From assembly GCA_042566505.1 (NCBI GenBank), contig JBHPKP010000002.1, positions 14,848-78,847 on the forward strand: a stretch of 64,000 nt of DNA, written 5' to 3'. The position numbers and the translations under genes were made by a program. Positions 48,381 to 57,080 of this stretch are shown here, piece by piece (position 1 is the stretch's first letter; each line of letters opens with the position of its first letter). The stretch is from a bacterium. Its GTDB lineage: Bacteria > RUG730 > JBDRED01 > JBHPKP01. The notes beneath the pieces were generated by a model. The model searched no databases. It was not told the DNA's origin and was given only the letters and a program-made list of their open reading frames with translations.

Positions 48381-49298
48381 TTATGCTCCTGGTGAATTAA
48401 CAAAAGGTCTCCAATACTCAATAGACTCTTTTATATCATCAATTACTCTACTCTCAAACGGTTCCCTTTCTCTAAAACTTAATTCCAATAGTAGAGTTAT
48501 GTCTTTCACATTACTTTGATTTAAAGCATCTAATAGTTTTTTGGGGGTTATTTTTCCTTGTTCGTTATATTCTCTTGTAAATGGCCAGTGTCCACCTTTA
48601 TTTTCAAATGTTTGTTTTATATGTAGTAAAGCTGTTTGCTTTCCAAAAACTTCCAGCCATTTATATGGATCTGTATCATCAGGATTTTCAGACGATACAT
48701 CTCCATGATCAACATCTAAACATAATTTTATTGGTAAAACTGTATTCTCATTAAAAGCTTTTTGAATTCTTTTAGTTTCCTCAATAGTTTCGCCCATTTC
48801 TCGAGGTATAGACATTGGTTCCCATGTTAGATATTTAATTCCCTTTTCTTTTGCATATTTTGCAATATCGTGCCAAGCATCAACTACCTGCATAAAACGT
48901 TGCTCTTTTATGGATTGATTATTATTATTTTGGACACTAAATATCCCTGCATGACTACCCATACTTTCTGCTCCCAATTCAGATGATATATCAACAAACT
49001 TTTTAAACCAATTTTTCCAATATTTTCTGAGCAATGGATCAGGATGAGCAAGATGATTTACACGCGTAAATGCGCTTGTAAAACTATGTTTAAATTGTAT
49101 TTTATAATCTTTTGACAATTTTTTAAGGCGTAAAATATTGTCCTTTATTATATCATCCGGTAAACCTGGATTCAAAAGATCAGCTGTAAACTGAACAATC
49201 TCTAGTCCGAATTTATCTGCAACCAAAGGAATCCATTCTTCAGGCATTGGAAAACGATTTAATGCAAACCCTGTATTAATTCCCAACTTTACATTCAC
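48381..49298 (-). CDS. Xylose-isomerase-like TIM-barrel sugar(-phosphate) isomerase/epimerase
   Basis: 305 aa. Contains KLGINTGFALNRF, AESMGSHAG, YLTWEP and LCLDVDHGD, the metal-ligand pattern of this fold. Confidence 0.6.
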   Translation of the reverse strand: MNVKLGINTGFALNRFPMPEEWIPLVADKFGLEIVQFTADLLNPGLPDDIIKDNILRLKKLSKDYKIQFKHSFTSAFTRVNHLAHPDPLLRKYWKNWFKKFVDISSELGAESMGSHAGIFSVQNNNNQSIKEQRFMQVVDAWHDIAKYAKEKGIKYLTWEPMSIPREMGETIEETKRIQKAFNENTVLPIKLCLDVDHGDVSSENPDDTDPYKWLEVFGKQTALLHIKQTFENKGGHWPFTREYNEQGKITPKKLLDALNQSNVKDITLLLELSFREREPFESRVIDDIKESIEYWRPFVNSPGA

Positions 49299-49983
49299 TA
49301 TGTAAGCCTCCCTGAATATATCGTCTAAAATCTTGTATAGATTTTGCTAAAGGAACATCCTTCTTAAATAAACCCGAGGAACCCGCAATAAGAATATCAG
49401 ATCCTGCTTCTATCATTTTTGGTATATTTTGTTCATTCACATTCCCATCGATACTTATTTCAAAATTCATCTTTTCTTTTTCACGCAGCTTGTTTAATAG
49501 TTTTATTTTTTGAAGTGTCTGCGGAACTAATTTTTGACCGGTATAGCCCGGATTAACTGTCATTATTTTTATAACGTCAACTTCTTCTATAATATACTCG
49601 ATAGAAGTAATAGGTGTTGCAGGATTTAAAGCAACACCAGCTCTGAATCCCAGTTGTTTAATCTTAACCAAATCTCTATGCAGATTTCTACATGCTTCAT
49701 AATGAATAGTAAAAATATCTTCTTTGGTTCCACTTGGCTCAAATGTATTGAACATTCTAGAAGGCTCTTCTACCATTATGTGAAAATCCGACGGTAATGT
49801 TGTATTTTGGCGAACAGCATTAATTATATGCGTACCAAGACAATAGTCCGGACAAAAAAATCCGTCCATAACATCATAATGCAAATAATCAATATTTCCT
49901 TCTTCTAACTGCACAATATCATTCTTTAAATTCATCCAATCAGCACAAATAATCGATGCAGAAATTTTAATTTTTTTATCCAT
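49276..49983 (-). CDS. Ribulose-phosphate 3-epimerase family enzyme (Rpe/AlsE-like)
   Basis: Contains SASIICADWMNL...YLHYDVMDGFFCP, HIMVE, MTVNPGYTGQK and IDGNVN. Confidence 0.8.
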   Translation of the reverse strand: MDKKIKISASIICADWMNLKNDIVQLEEGNIDYLHYDVMDGFFCPDYCLGTHIINAVRQNTTLPSDFHIMVEEPSRMFNTFEPSGTKEDIFTIHYEACRNLHRDLVKIKQLGFRAGVALNPATPITSIEYIIEEVDVIKIMTVNPGYTGQKLVPQTLQKIKLLNKLREKEKMNFEISIDGNVNEQNIPKMIEAGSDILIAGSSGLFKKDVPLAKSIQDFRRYIQGGLHSECKVGN

Positions 49984-50001
49984 ATGAATTTCCTTACCAC
50001 G

Positions 50002-51039
50002 CTAAGGATTTACTATAACCTTTAATCCTTCTTTATTTTTTACGGACATAAGAGCCTTTTCAATATCATCTAATGAAAATTTATGTGTTATTAAATCACT
50101 TACATTTACACTTTCTGTCGCTATTAGTTCTAATGCTTTTTTGTGCTGCAAAGGAGTGGAACCATGAGAACCGGTTATATAAGCTTCTTTATAATGAATA
50201 TCATTAGAACTTATCGAAATATTTCTAGCTGTTTGCGATAGACCGCCAAAATAATTTATATATCCTCTTTTTGAAACTACTTTAAGAACATCTTCCTGTG
50301 CCTCAGGTGAAGGACAAGCTGTAAATACAACATCTACTCCTTTTTCATTTGTAATATCCATAATCCTGTCAAAAAGAACACTCTCCTTTGTATTAATAAT
50401 ATAATCCGAATTAAATTCTTTAGCTTGCTCTAGTCTTGTACTGTCTATGTCTGCCAAAATAACCAAAGAAGCTCCAAATGCGCGAGCTGCCTGCATAAGT
50501 AATATACCAATAGGTCCAGCTCCCATAATTAAAACTGTTTTTCCAGCTTTAAAAGAAACTCTTTCCAATCCATTAATACAGCATGCTAACGGTTCTGCAA
50601 GAGCTGCATGATCCATTTCTACTCCATCGGGAATTTTATTAATTGGGCCATATTTAATTACAGTTGGATTTAACAAACAATATTCTGCAAATCCGCCTTG
50701 AAACTGATAACCCATTGCATAGTTTATATCACAACAATTACCCATACCGTTTATACACCACTCACAATCTCCACAAGGAACGTCAGCACCGATTGCAATA
50801 TTTTCACCCACTTTAAAGTTCTTAACACCACTTCCAACCTCAACAATTGTACCCGCTATTTCATGCCCAATAATAGCCGGATAATTTACCCTCTTATTCC
50901 CTGTTTCATATATGCGCACATCAGAACCACATACAGCGCAAGAAGCTATCTTAACCAGCATATGCCCGTCTTTTATAACAGGTTTTGTCACTTCTTCTAC
51001 TTTTATATTTTTTAATCCTTTTAAAACAGCTGCTTTCAT
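50002..51039 (-). CDS. Zn-dependent medium-chain polyol(-phosphate)/sorbitol-type dehydrogenase
   Basis: Contains CAVCGSDVRIY...GHEIAGTIVEVG, CGDCEWCINGMGNCC and MGAGPIGIL. Confidence 0.8.
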   Translation of the reverse strand: MKAAVLKGLKNIKVEEVTKPVIKDGHMLVKIASCAVCGSDVRIYETGNKRVNYPAIIGHEIAGTIVEVGSGVKNFKVGENIAIGADVPCGDCEWCINGMGNCCDINYAMGYQFQGGFAEYCLLNPTVIKYGPINKIPDGVEMDHAALAEPLACCINGLERVSFKAGKTVLIMGAGPIGILLMQAARAFGASLVILADIDSTRLEQAKEFNSDYIINTKESVLFDRIMDITNEKGVDVVFTACPSPEAQEDVLKVVSKRGYINYFGGLSQTARNISISSNDIHYKEAYITGSHGSTPLQHKKALELIATESVNVSDLITHKFSLDDIEKALMSVKNKEGLKVIVNP

Positions 51040-51052
51040 AACTTTACTCCAA

Positions 51053-52570
51053 TCATCTTATCTTTTTACTTCTGTGAAACAAAAAATACTTAAAAAAGAA
51101 GGACATTGGCGCATTAGCATGAGCCTTAATATTTAAAAATCCTTCTGTAATTTTCCAGATTAATCTATAAATAAAATTATCTGGCAACTTAATTAATTTT
51201 TTAATAAACGATCGCAATACTGGAAAACGTATAGCCAAATGTGAAAATCTTGAAAGACGAACTAATAACTCACCTTCATGATCTACACGATAATTCTGAT
51301 AAAAACACATGTCCTTATATCCAATCCCCATATTCTCTTCTTTATTTCTTTTATGTTCTATTGAAACAACCTCATTTTGCTTCATTGCAGAAGGTTTGTC
51401 GTAAAGGGCAACATCTTCTTTACGATATTGTCCAAGATTTATACCGTGTTCTGTTATATCTAATCCTGGAAATGGTTTAAAAATATTTATAGCATGCACA
51501 CTATCTTTTGCAGATAGCTCACTAGCAAATTTTATAGTATCCCAAGCAAGTTCCAAAGTCTCTCCAGGAAGACCAAACATCATAGACATAGAATATCTGA
51601 TATTATATTTTCTCATCATCTCAGCACCCTGCCGCCATTGATCATTGGTAATATTTTTATTTAAAACTTTCTTACGAAATTCTTCATTTCCAGTCTCTAA
51701 TCCTAAACGAACTAAAGTACAACACTTTGTATCCGCTATAGCTTTACAAACATCCTCGTTCATCTCTGTAATAACAGCATTAATTGAAAATGGAATACTA
51801 ATTTTTTCTTTGTAAACTTTCAGAAAATCAAATATCCAACTTTTATTGTAAGTAAGTGTACTATCATTGAAAAAAATATATCTACTATTATACTTATTTT
51901 TTAAAAGTAATAATTCCTCAATAACATGTTCAACACTCCTTAGACAGCAATACTGTTTACTTCCCTCCTCCTGATATATCTTACGATAACCATGATTAAA
52001 GCAATAGCTGCACAAATAAGGACAACCCCTGCCTACAAGTACTTGTGTAAAAGGAATTATTTTGAAATAACTATCATAATCAAAGTATAAATCCCTATCA
52101 TCAAAAGGATAATCATCCGGATTAGTAACCCATTCTCGCATTTTATTTTTGTAAAGCTTATCTCCTTTTTTTACCCACAAATTAGCAATATGCGTATAAT
52201 CACGCTTTTCATCTATACAGTCACAAAGTTCGGCTAAAGCCTCTTCTCCTTCTCCACGACAAATAATATCAACATCAGAATGTTCAATTAAGTATGGTGT
52301 AAATGTTATATCATACCCGCCTGCAATTATAGGAGTTTCAATATCTGCATCACGTATAGCCTTTATTGCTTCGAGCATGTGGTTACGATAAGGGGTTAAA
52401 ACCGAAAAAGCAATTAAATCAGGTCTTTGTTCCTTAAGTTCTTTAACAACTTTCTTATTATCACCAATACTCAAACCTACTTTGTGCCCTCGTCTTTTTA
52501 AATATGCTGACAATCTTGCTGTACTTTGAAAAGGAAAATATATATCCTGAATAAACGTAACTTTTGCCAT
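51053..52570 (-). CDS. Cobalamin-binding-domain radical SAM enzyme (class B rSAM)
   Basis: The N-terminal B12-binding-like Rossmann domain reads LSAYLKRRGHKVGL...DLIAFSVLTP...IIAGGYDITF. The radical SAM cluster motif is GRGCPYLCSYCFN (CxxxCxxC). 505 aa. Confidence 0.8.
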   Translation of the reverse strand: MAKVTFIQDIYFPFQSTARLSAYLKRRGHKVGLSIGDNKKVVKELKEQRPDLIAFSVLTPYRNHMLEAIKAIRDADIETPIIAGGYDITFTPYLIEHSDVDIICRGEGEEALAELCDCIDEKRDYTHIANLWVKKGDKLYKNKMREWVTNPDDYPFDDRDLYFDYDSYFKIIPFTQVLVGRGCPYLCSYCFNHGYRKIYQEEGSKQYCCLRSVEHVIEELLLLKNKYNSRYIFFNDSTLTYNKSWIFDFLKVYKEKISIPFSINAVITEMNEDVCKAIADTKCCTLVRLGLETGNEEFRKKVLNKNITNDQWRQGAEMMRKYNIRYSMSMMFGLPGETLELAWDTIKFASELSAKDSVHAINIFKPFPGLDITEHGINLGQYRKEDVALYDKPSAMKQNEVVSIEHKRNKEENMGIGYKDMCFYQNYRVDHEGELLVRLSRFSHLAIRFPVLRSFIKKLIKLPDNFIYRLIWKITEGFLNIKAHANAPMSFFFKYFLFHRSKKIR

Positions 52571-52581
52571 ATTGCCTCCTT

Positions 52582-54459
52582 TTAGTTGATTCCTCTTAAA
52601 TAATAAATCTTCATATCCTCAGTATCTTTCATCTTAACAAACTCTATAGCAGGATTAATTTCATTCTTGGCTTGAATAATGCCAATATTTTTTATCTCTT
52701 CTTGTATTTGGATATTTCTAAATATATTTAAAATTCTATCTTTATATTCTCGCTCCTCGTTAGAGGCCAAAAAATGTCGATGCTCTAATAACCAATAACC
52801 AAAACCCTTAGTTAACATTTCATCTGAAATAATAAAATTATTTTTATTATACATTTCATAATATTTATGATCTGGCATCATAAAATCCAGAAACTGATCT
52901 TCATCCCACATAAAAATGTGCGCATAAATGACTAAACTTTTTAAAACATCTTTTTTCGGTACAACTGAGTTAAAACTTGAAATAAGTAATGAAGTCCTAT
53001 TAGTTTTCATTGGAACTAAAAGATTAACTGCAATATCTTCTGAAACAATTATTTTACTATCTTCTGTATAGTCTAACATTTCATCTAATCGATTGTGAAT
53101 AAGCTGCATACGAGAATCTGTTTGGTAATATTTCATAGTAAAATAATACTTCAAAGAAGATGTAAAAACTAAAAAACTTATCAAACCAATACCTAAAGAT
53201 GCTATAATTCGTCTATTCTGTATTATATATTTATAAAGAAAATCATGAATCACTGTAATAATCTTAGTCTTAGTATTTGAATGCATTAATTTTTTTACTG
53301 GTAAAGAAAAGAAATAAATAACCGGTACAAAATACAAATATCTAGAAAAGAAATTACCTATACGTATTGAAAACAAAGATGGTTGAATAGAAATGCCTAC
53401 CAACAAATGGGAATTCAATATGATAAGTTCTAAAATGATCATTATAAAAATCGGAGTAAACTTAAAAAATAATTCATAGTAATCAGCACAGTATACTATA
53501 ATGATTAAAAAAGTAATAATTAGAGGAAGAATATATGATATTAGCAGTCCCCAACTATTAAAAATTGCTCCACTGAATCTTTCTACTGTCCCTAATCCTC
53601 CAACAACCTCTTTTGATAAAAATAAAATTTTAATTAAAACCGGAAAAATAATAAAAAGAATTAAGATAATATTCACAAACAAGAGTTTAACAAGAGAAGA
53701 CAAATAATCAGATTTATTTTTATAGGAAAGATAATGAGTAAACACTACATATCCAAACCAAAACAATATTCCAACAATAAAATTATATTGATAAACATAT
53801 ATATTAGATGCCCATAAAAAACTTAATAATAAGTATTTTAAAAAAGATATTTTATAATTTTTAATCGATAAATAAAAACACAGAATAAAATATAAAAAAG
53901 AAAAAGAAGGAAAAGGAAACCTAGTAATCTCAACAGTATCCAAGCTTGCAGCACTTATCCATTGACTTGGATATTGTAATATATGCAAAAAATACTTTGC
54001 CAATGAAAAATTATTAAAAAACATTATACCCAAGAAAGCTAATAAAAGCGCCCAAGAAACTGAAATATATCTATTATAGATTAAGAAAATTATCCAAAAT
54101 GAAATTAGAGGAAAAGCAATATGAACCATCAATAAAAATATATCGATATTTGAATAACAAAAATAAAAAATTATTTTACCAACCAGCAAAAAAGCCGGCG
54201 GTATAATATAACCACCTGTAAAAAAATATTTAGTAATGTTCTCAATACTTAAATTACTTATCATAGGTAAATATAGATAAGTTTCTTCAAATGTTTGACG
54301 ACATGTATTTGTTACAGCATAGATATGAGAATAGTCTGAAAACATTAAAACCAAAATATCTTTCATGCCAAATAACACAACAAGTAAAACAGACATATAC
54401 CAAAAATATTTTTTTCTAATTAATTCATTTATCGTCAAAGATATCATACTTAAAGCCAC
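52582..54459 (-). CDS. Polytopic membrane protein (625 aa), putative extracytoplasmic glycosyltransferase/polymerase
   Basis: About 13 TM helices followed by a ~190-aa soluble C-terminal domain. No diagnostic motif was recognised. Confidence 0.4.
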   Translation of the reverse strand: MALSMISLTINELIRKKYFWYMSVLLVVLFGMKDILVLMFSDYSHIYAVTNTCRQTFEETYLYLPMISNLSIENITKYFFTGGYIIPPAFLLVGKIIFYFCYSNIDIFLLMVHIAFPLISFWIIFLIYNRYISVSWALLLAFLGIMFFNNFSLAKYFLHILQYPSQWISAASLDTVEITRFPFPSFSFLYFILCFYLSIKNYKISFLKYLLLSFLWASNIYVYQYNFIVGILFWFGYVVFTHYLSYKNKSDYLSSLVKLLFVNIILILFIIFPVLIKILFLSKEVVGGLGTVERFSGAIFNSWGLLISYILPLIITFLIIIVYCADYYELFFKFTPIFIMIILELIILNSHLLVGISIQPSLFSIRIGNFFSRYLYFVPVIYFFSLPVKKLMHSNTKTKIITVIHDFLYKYIIQNRRIIASLGIGLISFLVFTSSLKYYFTMKYYQTDSRMQLIHNRLDEMLDYTEDSKIIVSEDIAVNLLVPMKTNRTSLLISSFNSVVPKKDVLKSLVIYAHIFMWDEDQFLDFMMPDHKYYEMYNKNNFIISDEMLTKGFGYWLLEHRHFLASNEEREYKDRILNIFRNIQIQEEIKNIGIIQAKNEINPAIEFVKMKDTEDMKIYYLRGIN

Positions 54460-55037
54460 CTACCAACATTATAAATTTTAGAACAAACTGCATCTATTTT
54501 AATATTATTATCCACTAAATATTTTTTATATATTTCAATATCTTCATCCCTATTCTGTAATTCTGGAGAAACAAGACATAGTTTAAATCCTGCTTTTTGA
54601 AATACAGAGTAATTATCTTTATTAATCGGTAATTTTGTAAAACAATCAACCCAAATCCACTTAATCCTCCCTTCCATTGCTAAAACAGTATCTAAACCTT
54701 CATATTCAGAAAATCTAACAGCTATATTTTTTTCTCCTTTAGTACTCAAAAAATGTATCATTGGAAAAGAAGAATCTAAGAAAAAATATTTTAAAATATT
54801 ATATTTTTTTACAAGTTCTAATACTTTATGTTCTACTCGTTCACTTTTAATATTAAGAATCATTGTTCCGTGTCTATAATGCTTCAGATAATCTTCAAAA
54901 CTTTCACCAGCTTGAAATGGATCATGATTTAATATTAATTCATTTCCATAATCTCTAATGTCAATTTCAACCCCATATTTGAACGGTATTTTTTTTAATT
55001 CTTCTATTGTATTTATTCTATGAGCAATATATTCCAT
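54450..55037 (-). CDS. GDPD/PLC-like phosphodiesterase superfamily protein
   Basis: MEYIAHRINTIEEL...GVEIDIRDYGNELILNHDPF follows the HR...E.D.R...HD pattern of glycerophosphodiester phosphodiesterase-like TIM barrels. Confidence 0.5.
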   Translation of the reverse strand: MEYIAHRINTIEELKKIPFKYGVEIDIRDYGNELILNHDPFQAGESFEDYLKHYRHGTMILNIKSERVEHKVLELVKKYNILKYFFLDSSFPMIHFLSTKGEKNIAVRFSEYEGLDTVLAMEGRIKWIWVDCFTKLPINKDNYSVFQKAGFKLCLVSPELQNRDEDIEIYKKYLVDNNIKIDAVCSKIYNVGRWL

Positions 55038-55064
55038 TAAACTTACCTTCTAGATTTATTCCTT

Positions 55065-55445
55065 TTAATTTTTATCAATTTTCTTAAATAAACTTTTCTC
55101 ATATATATCCTTCTCATCACCTTTTACAACACCTTTATCATAAAAAGCAATAATATAGGTATCTTCGGTATAATTAAAAGTGTGCACAACATTCGGCTCT
55201 ACAACAAACATATCACCTGATTTGATATTAAAATTTTTTGTAACTTCATCTTTTTCTAAAACTAATTCAAAAGCGCCTTGAATCACATAAAACATTTCTG
55301 TATTGTTTTTATGATAGTGTCCACCTCTATTTGTCCCTTTCTCAGAAAAGATAACATTTGTCTGATTCCAACCACTGCTAACTAACTGTTTTAAATACCC
55401 TCTATCATCTGTATGCTCAAATTCAGGTTTTACAAAAGTAATCAT
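55065..55445 (-). CDS. Cupin-fold sugar-nucleotide isomerase/epimerase-like protein (WxcM/FdtA-like)
   Basis: 126 aa. Contains DDRGYLKQL...NRGGHYHKNNTEMFYVIQG...VVEPNVVH, a cupin two-His motif. Confidence 0.55.
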   Translation of the reverse strand: MITFVKPEFEHTDDRGYLKQLVSSGWNQTNVIFSEKGTNRGGHYHKNNTEMFYVIQGAFELVLEKDEVTKNFNIKSGDMFVVEPNVVHTFNYTEDTYIIAFYDKGVVKGDEKDIYEKSLFKKIDKN

Positions 55446-55455
55446 ATTAACACCT

Positions 55456-55513
55456 TATATTCATTTTGAATTTTCTCATAATCCTCAGGCACGCCTATAT
55501 CAATAAAATAGCT
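55456..55513. repeat. Direct repeat copy A (relic 3' end of the HddC-like gene)
   Basis: Identical at 56 of 58 positions to 56381..56438. Read on the minus strand it encodes SYFIDIGVPEDYEKIQNEY, then KVLI and a TGA that overlaps the cupin ATG. Confidence 0.9.
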
Positions 55514-55514
55514 T

Positions 55515-56318
55515 CTATTTTATCTGTTTTATATTTTTATCAATTGTTAATAATCTCATTTGCTGCACAGCAATTTGATTAAGTTTCAAGAGCCTTGTTT
55601 CTTGATTTAAACCTTCATCAATAAACAGAGCATTAATATTTTCAAGGTTTGAAAGGCAAACTAATTGTGAAATATCTGCATAATCTCTAATATTTCCTTT
55701 TTTGTCTGGATTTTTATCTCTCCAATCTTTCGCAGTTTCCCCAAATAAAGCCATATTTAAAACATCAGCTTCAGTTGCATAGACTAAAGAAATCTGTTTC
55801 TTACTAAGTTCTTTTGGAATTAAATTTTTCTTTATTGCATCTGTATGTATATTATAATTTATTTTAGCTAAGTTTCTTCTAATATCCCAGCCTAGTTGTT
55901 TCTTCTCATACTCTTTAAGTCTTTGAAACTCTTTTATTAGATAAAGTTTAAATTCAACAGAAATCCATGAAGCAAACTCAAAGGCAATATCTTTATGCGC
56001 ATAAGTTCCGCCATACCGTCCCGCTGCTGCTTTTAAACCAATCGCATTTGTTTTTTCAACCCATTCTTTTACACTTAATTTATAGCTATTTAAACCACTT
56101 TGACTTTTAATTATGGCAAATTCGCCATAATTAAAATTAGGATTAAAAATACTTTCCCAAACACCTAAAAATTCAACTGTATTTCTGTTTCTTAGCCAGT
56201 CAGATATAAAAAAATCACCATCTTTAGCTTTCAACATATCTGTAAGCGAAATATAATCATTGTTTTCACTAGACAGCACTGTAATCTCTTTACCTTGCAC
56301 TTCTATTTTTAACGTCAT
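55515..56318 (-). CDS. KilA-N domain-containing protein
   Basis: Contains YISLTDMLKAKDGDFFISDWLRNRNTVEFLGVWESIFNPNFNYGEF and AGRYGGTYAHKDIAFEFASWISVEFKLYLIKEFQRLKE, which are hallmark KilA-N family blocks. Confidence 0.85.
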   Translation of the reverse strand: MTLKIEVQGKEITVLSSENNDYISLTDMLKAKDGDFFISDWLRNRNTVEFLGVWESIFNPNFNYGEFAIIKSQSGLNSYKLSVKEWVEKTNAIGLKAAAGRYGGTYAHKDIAFEFASWISVEFKLYLIKEFQRLKEYEKKQLGWDIRRNLAKINYNIHTDAIKKNLIPKELSKKQISLVYATEADVLNMALFGETAKDWRDKNPDKKGNIRDYADISQLVCLSNLENINALFIDEGLNQETRLLKLNQIAVQQMRLLTIDKNIKQIK

Positions 56319-56357
56319 ACTTTTATACTCCCAATTTATGTTCTAAATCCATCGAAT

Positions 56358-57077
56358 TCAATGGGTTAAAAATAAATTCCTATATTCATTTTGAATTTTC
56401 TCATAGTCCTCAGGTACGCCTATATCAATAAAATAGCTGTCAAACTCACATCCATAAAACGCTTTTTTAGTATACATTGGTTCCAAGTAATCTTTTTCAA
56501 AGGAAAATATATCAGAAGTTACAATTTTATTAGTGGAAAATATTTTTTTGTTCACTAAATACACTCCGGCATTTATAAATCCTTGTTCTCCTATTTTCTT
56601 CTCCTGTATACTTATAATCTTTCTATTCTCGTCAACTTTTACAGTTCCGTACCTATCGCAATTTTCCATGTATTTCAAAGCTATAGTGCAAATTGAATTA
56701 TTCTCCAAATGACAATTTTCAAGTTTATCTAAATCTATTCCAAAAAATGTATCGCCATTCATAAAAAAAATATTCTCATTAGCTGTCAATTCTAATGCCT
56801 TTTTTAAAGCACCACCTGTACCCAAAGGTTCACTTTCAATTGAATAAACAAGTTCAATATTTTTAAATCTATCTTTAAAATAGTTTTGGATAATATCATA
56901 TTTATATCCAACAGACAAAATGACTCTAGTCATATTTTGTGAATTTAAGTAATCGAGAGTATATTCCAAAAAAGGTTTTCCATTAACCTGCGCCATAACC
57001 TTTGGAATATCATTAACTACACTTCTTAAACGTGTACCTAACCCACCTGCCAGTATAATTACTTCTTTTTCTTTCAT
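56358..57077 (-). CDS. Sugar-1-phosphate nucleotidyltransferase (HddC / heptose- or mannose-1-P guanylyltransferase-like)
   Basis: Contains VIILAGGLGTRLRSVVNDIPKVMAQVNGKPFLEY, PLGTGGAL, NGDTF and IDIGVPEDY. Confidence 0.75.
   Translation of the reverse strand: MKEKEVIILAGGLGTRLRSVVNDIPKVMAQVNGKPFLEYTLDYLNSQNMTRVILSVGYKYDIIQNYFKDRFKNIELVYSIESEPLGTGGALKKALELTANENIFFMNGDTFFGIDLDKLENCHLENNSICTIALKYMENCDRYGTVKVDENRKIISIQEKKIGEQGFINAGVYLVNKKIFSTNKIVTSDIFSFEKDYLEPMYTKKAFYGCEFDSYFIDIGVPEDYEKIQNEYRNLFLTH
56381..56438. repeat. Direct repeat copy B (inside 3' end of the HddC-like gene)
   Basis: The sequence is tatattcattttgaattttctcataGtcctcaggTacgcctatatcaataaaatagct. The two capitalised bases differ from copy A. 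Confidence 0.9.
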
Positions 57078-57080
57078 TTT

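Noticed and set aside
55515-56318. KilA-N gene as evidence of a prophage or integrative element
   Set aside because: No integrase, recombinase, phage structural gene, replication gene or att-like tRNA target is present. The insert is a single gene of ~0.87 kb. I reported it as an isolated cassette instead.
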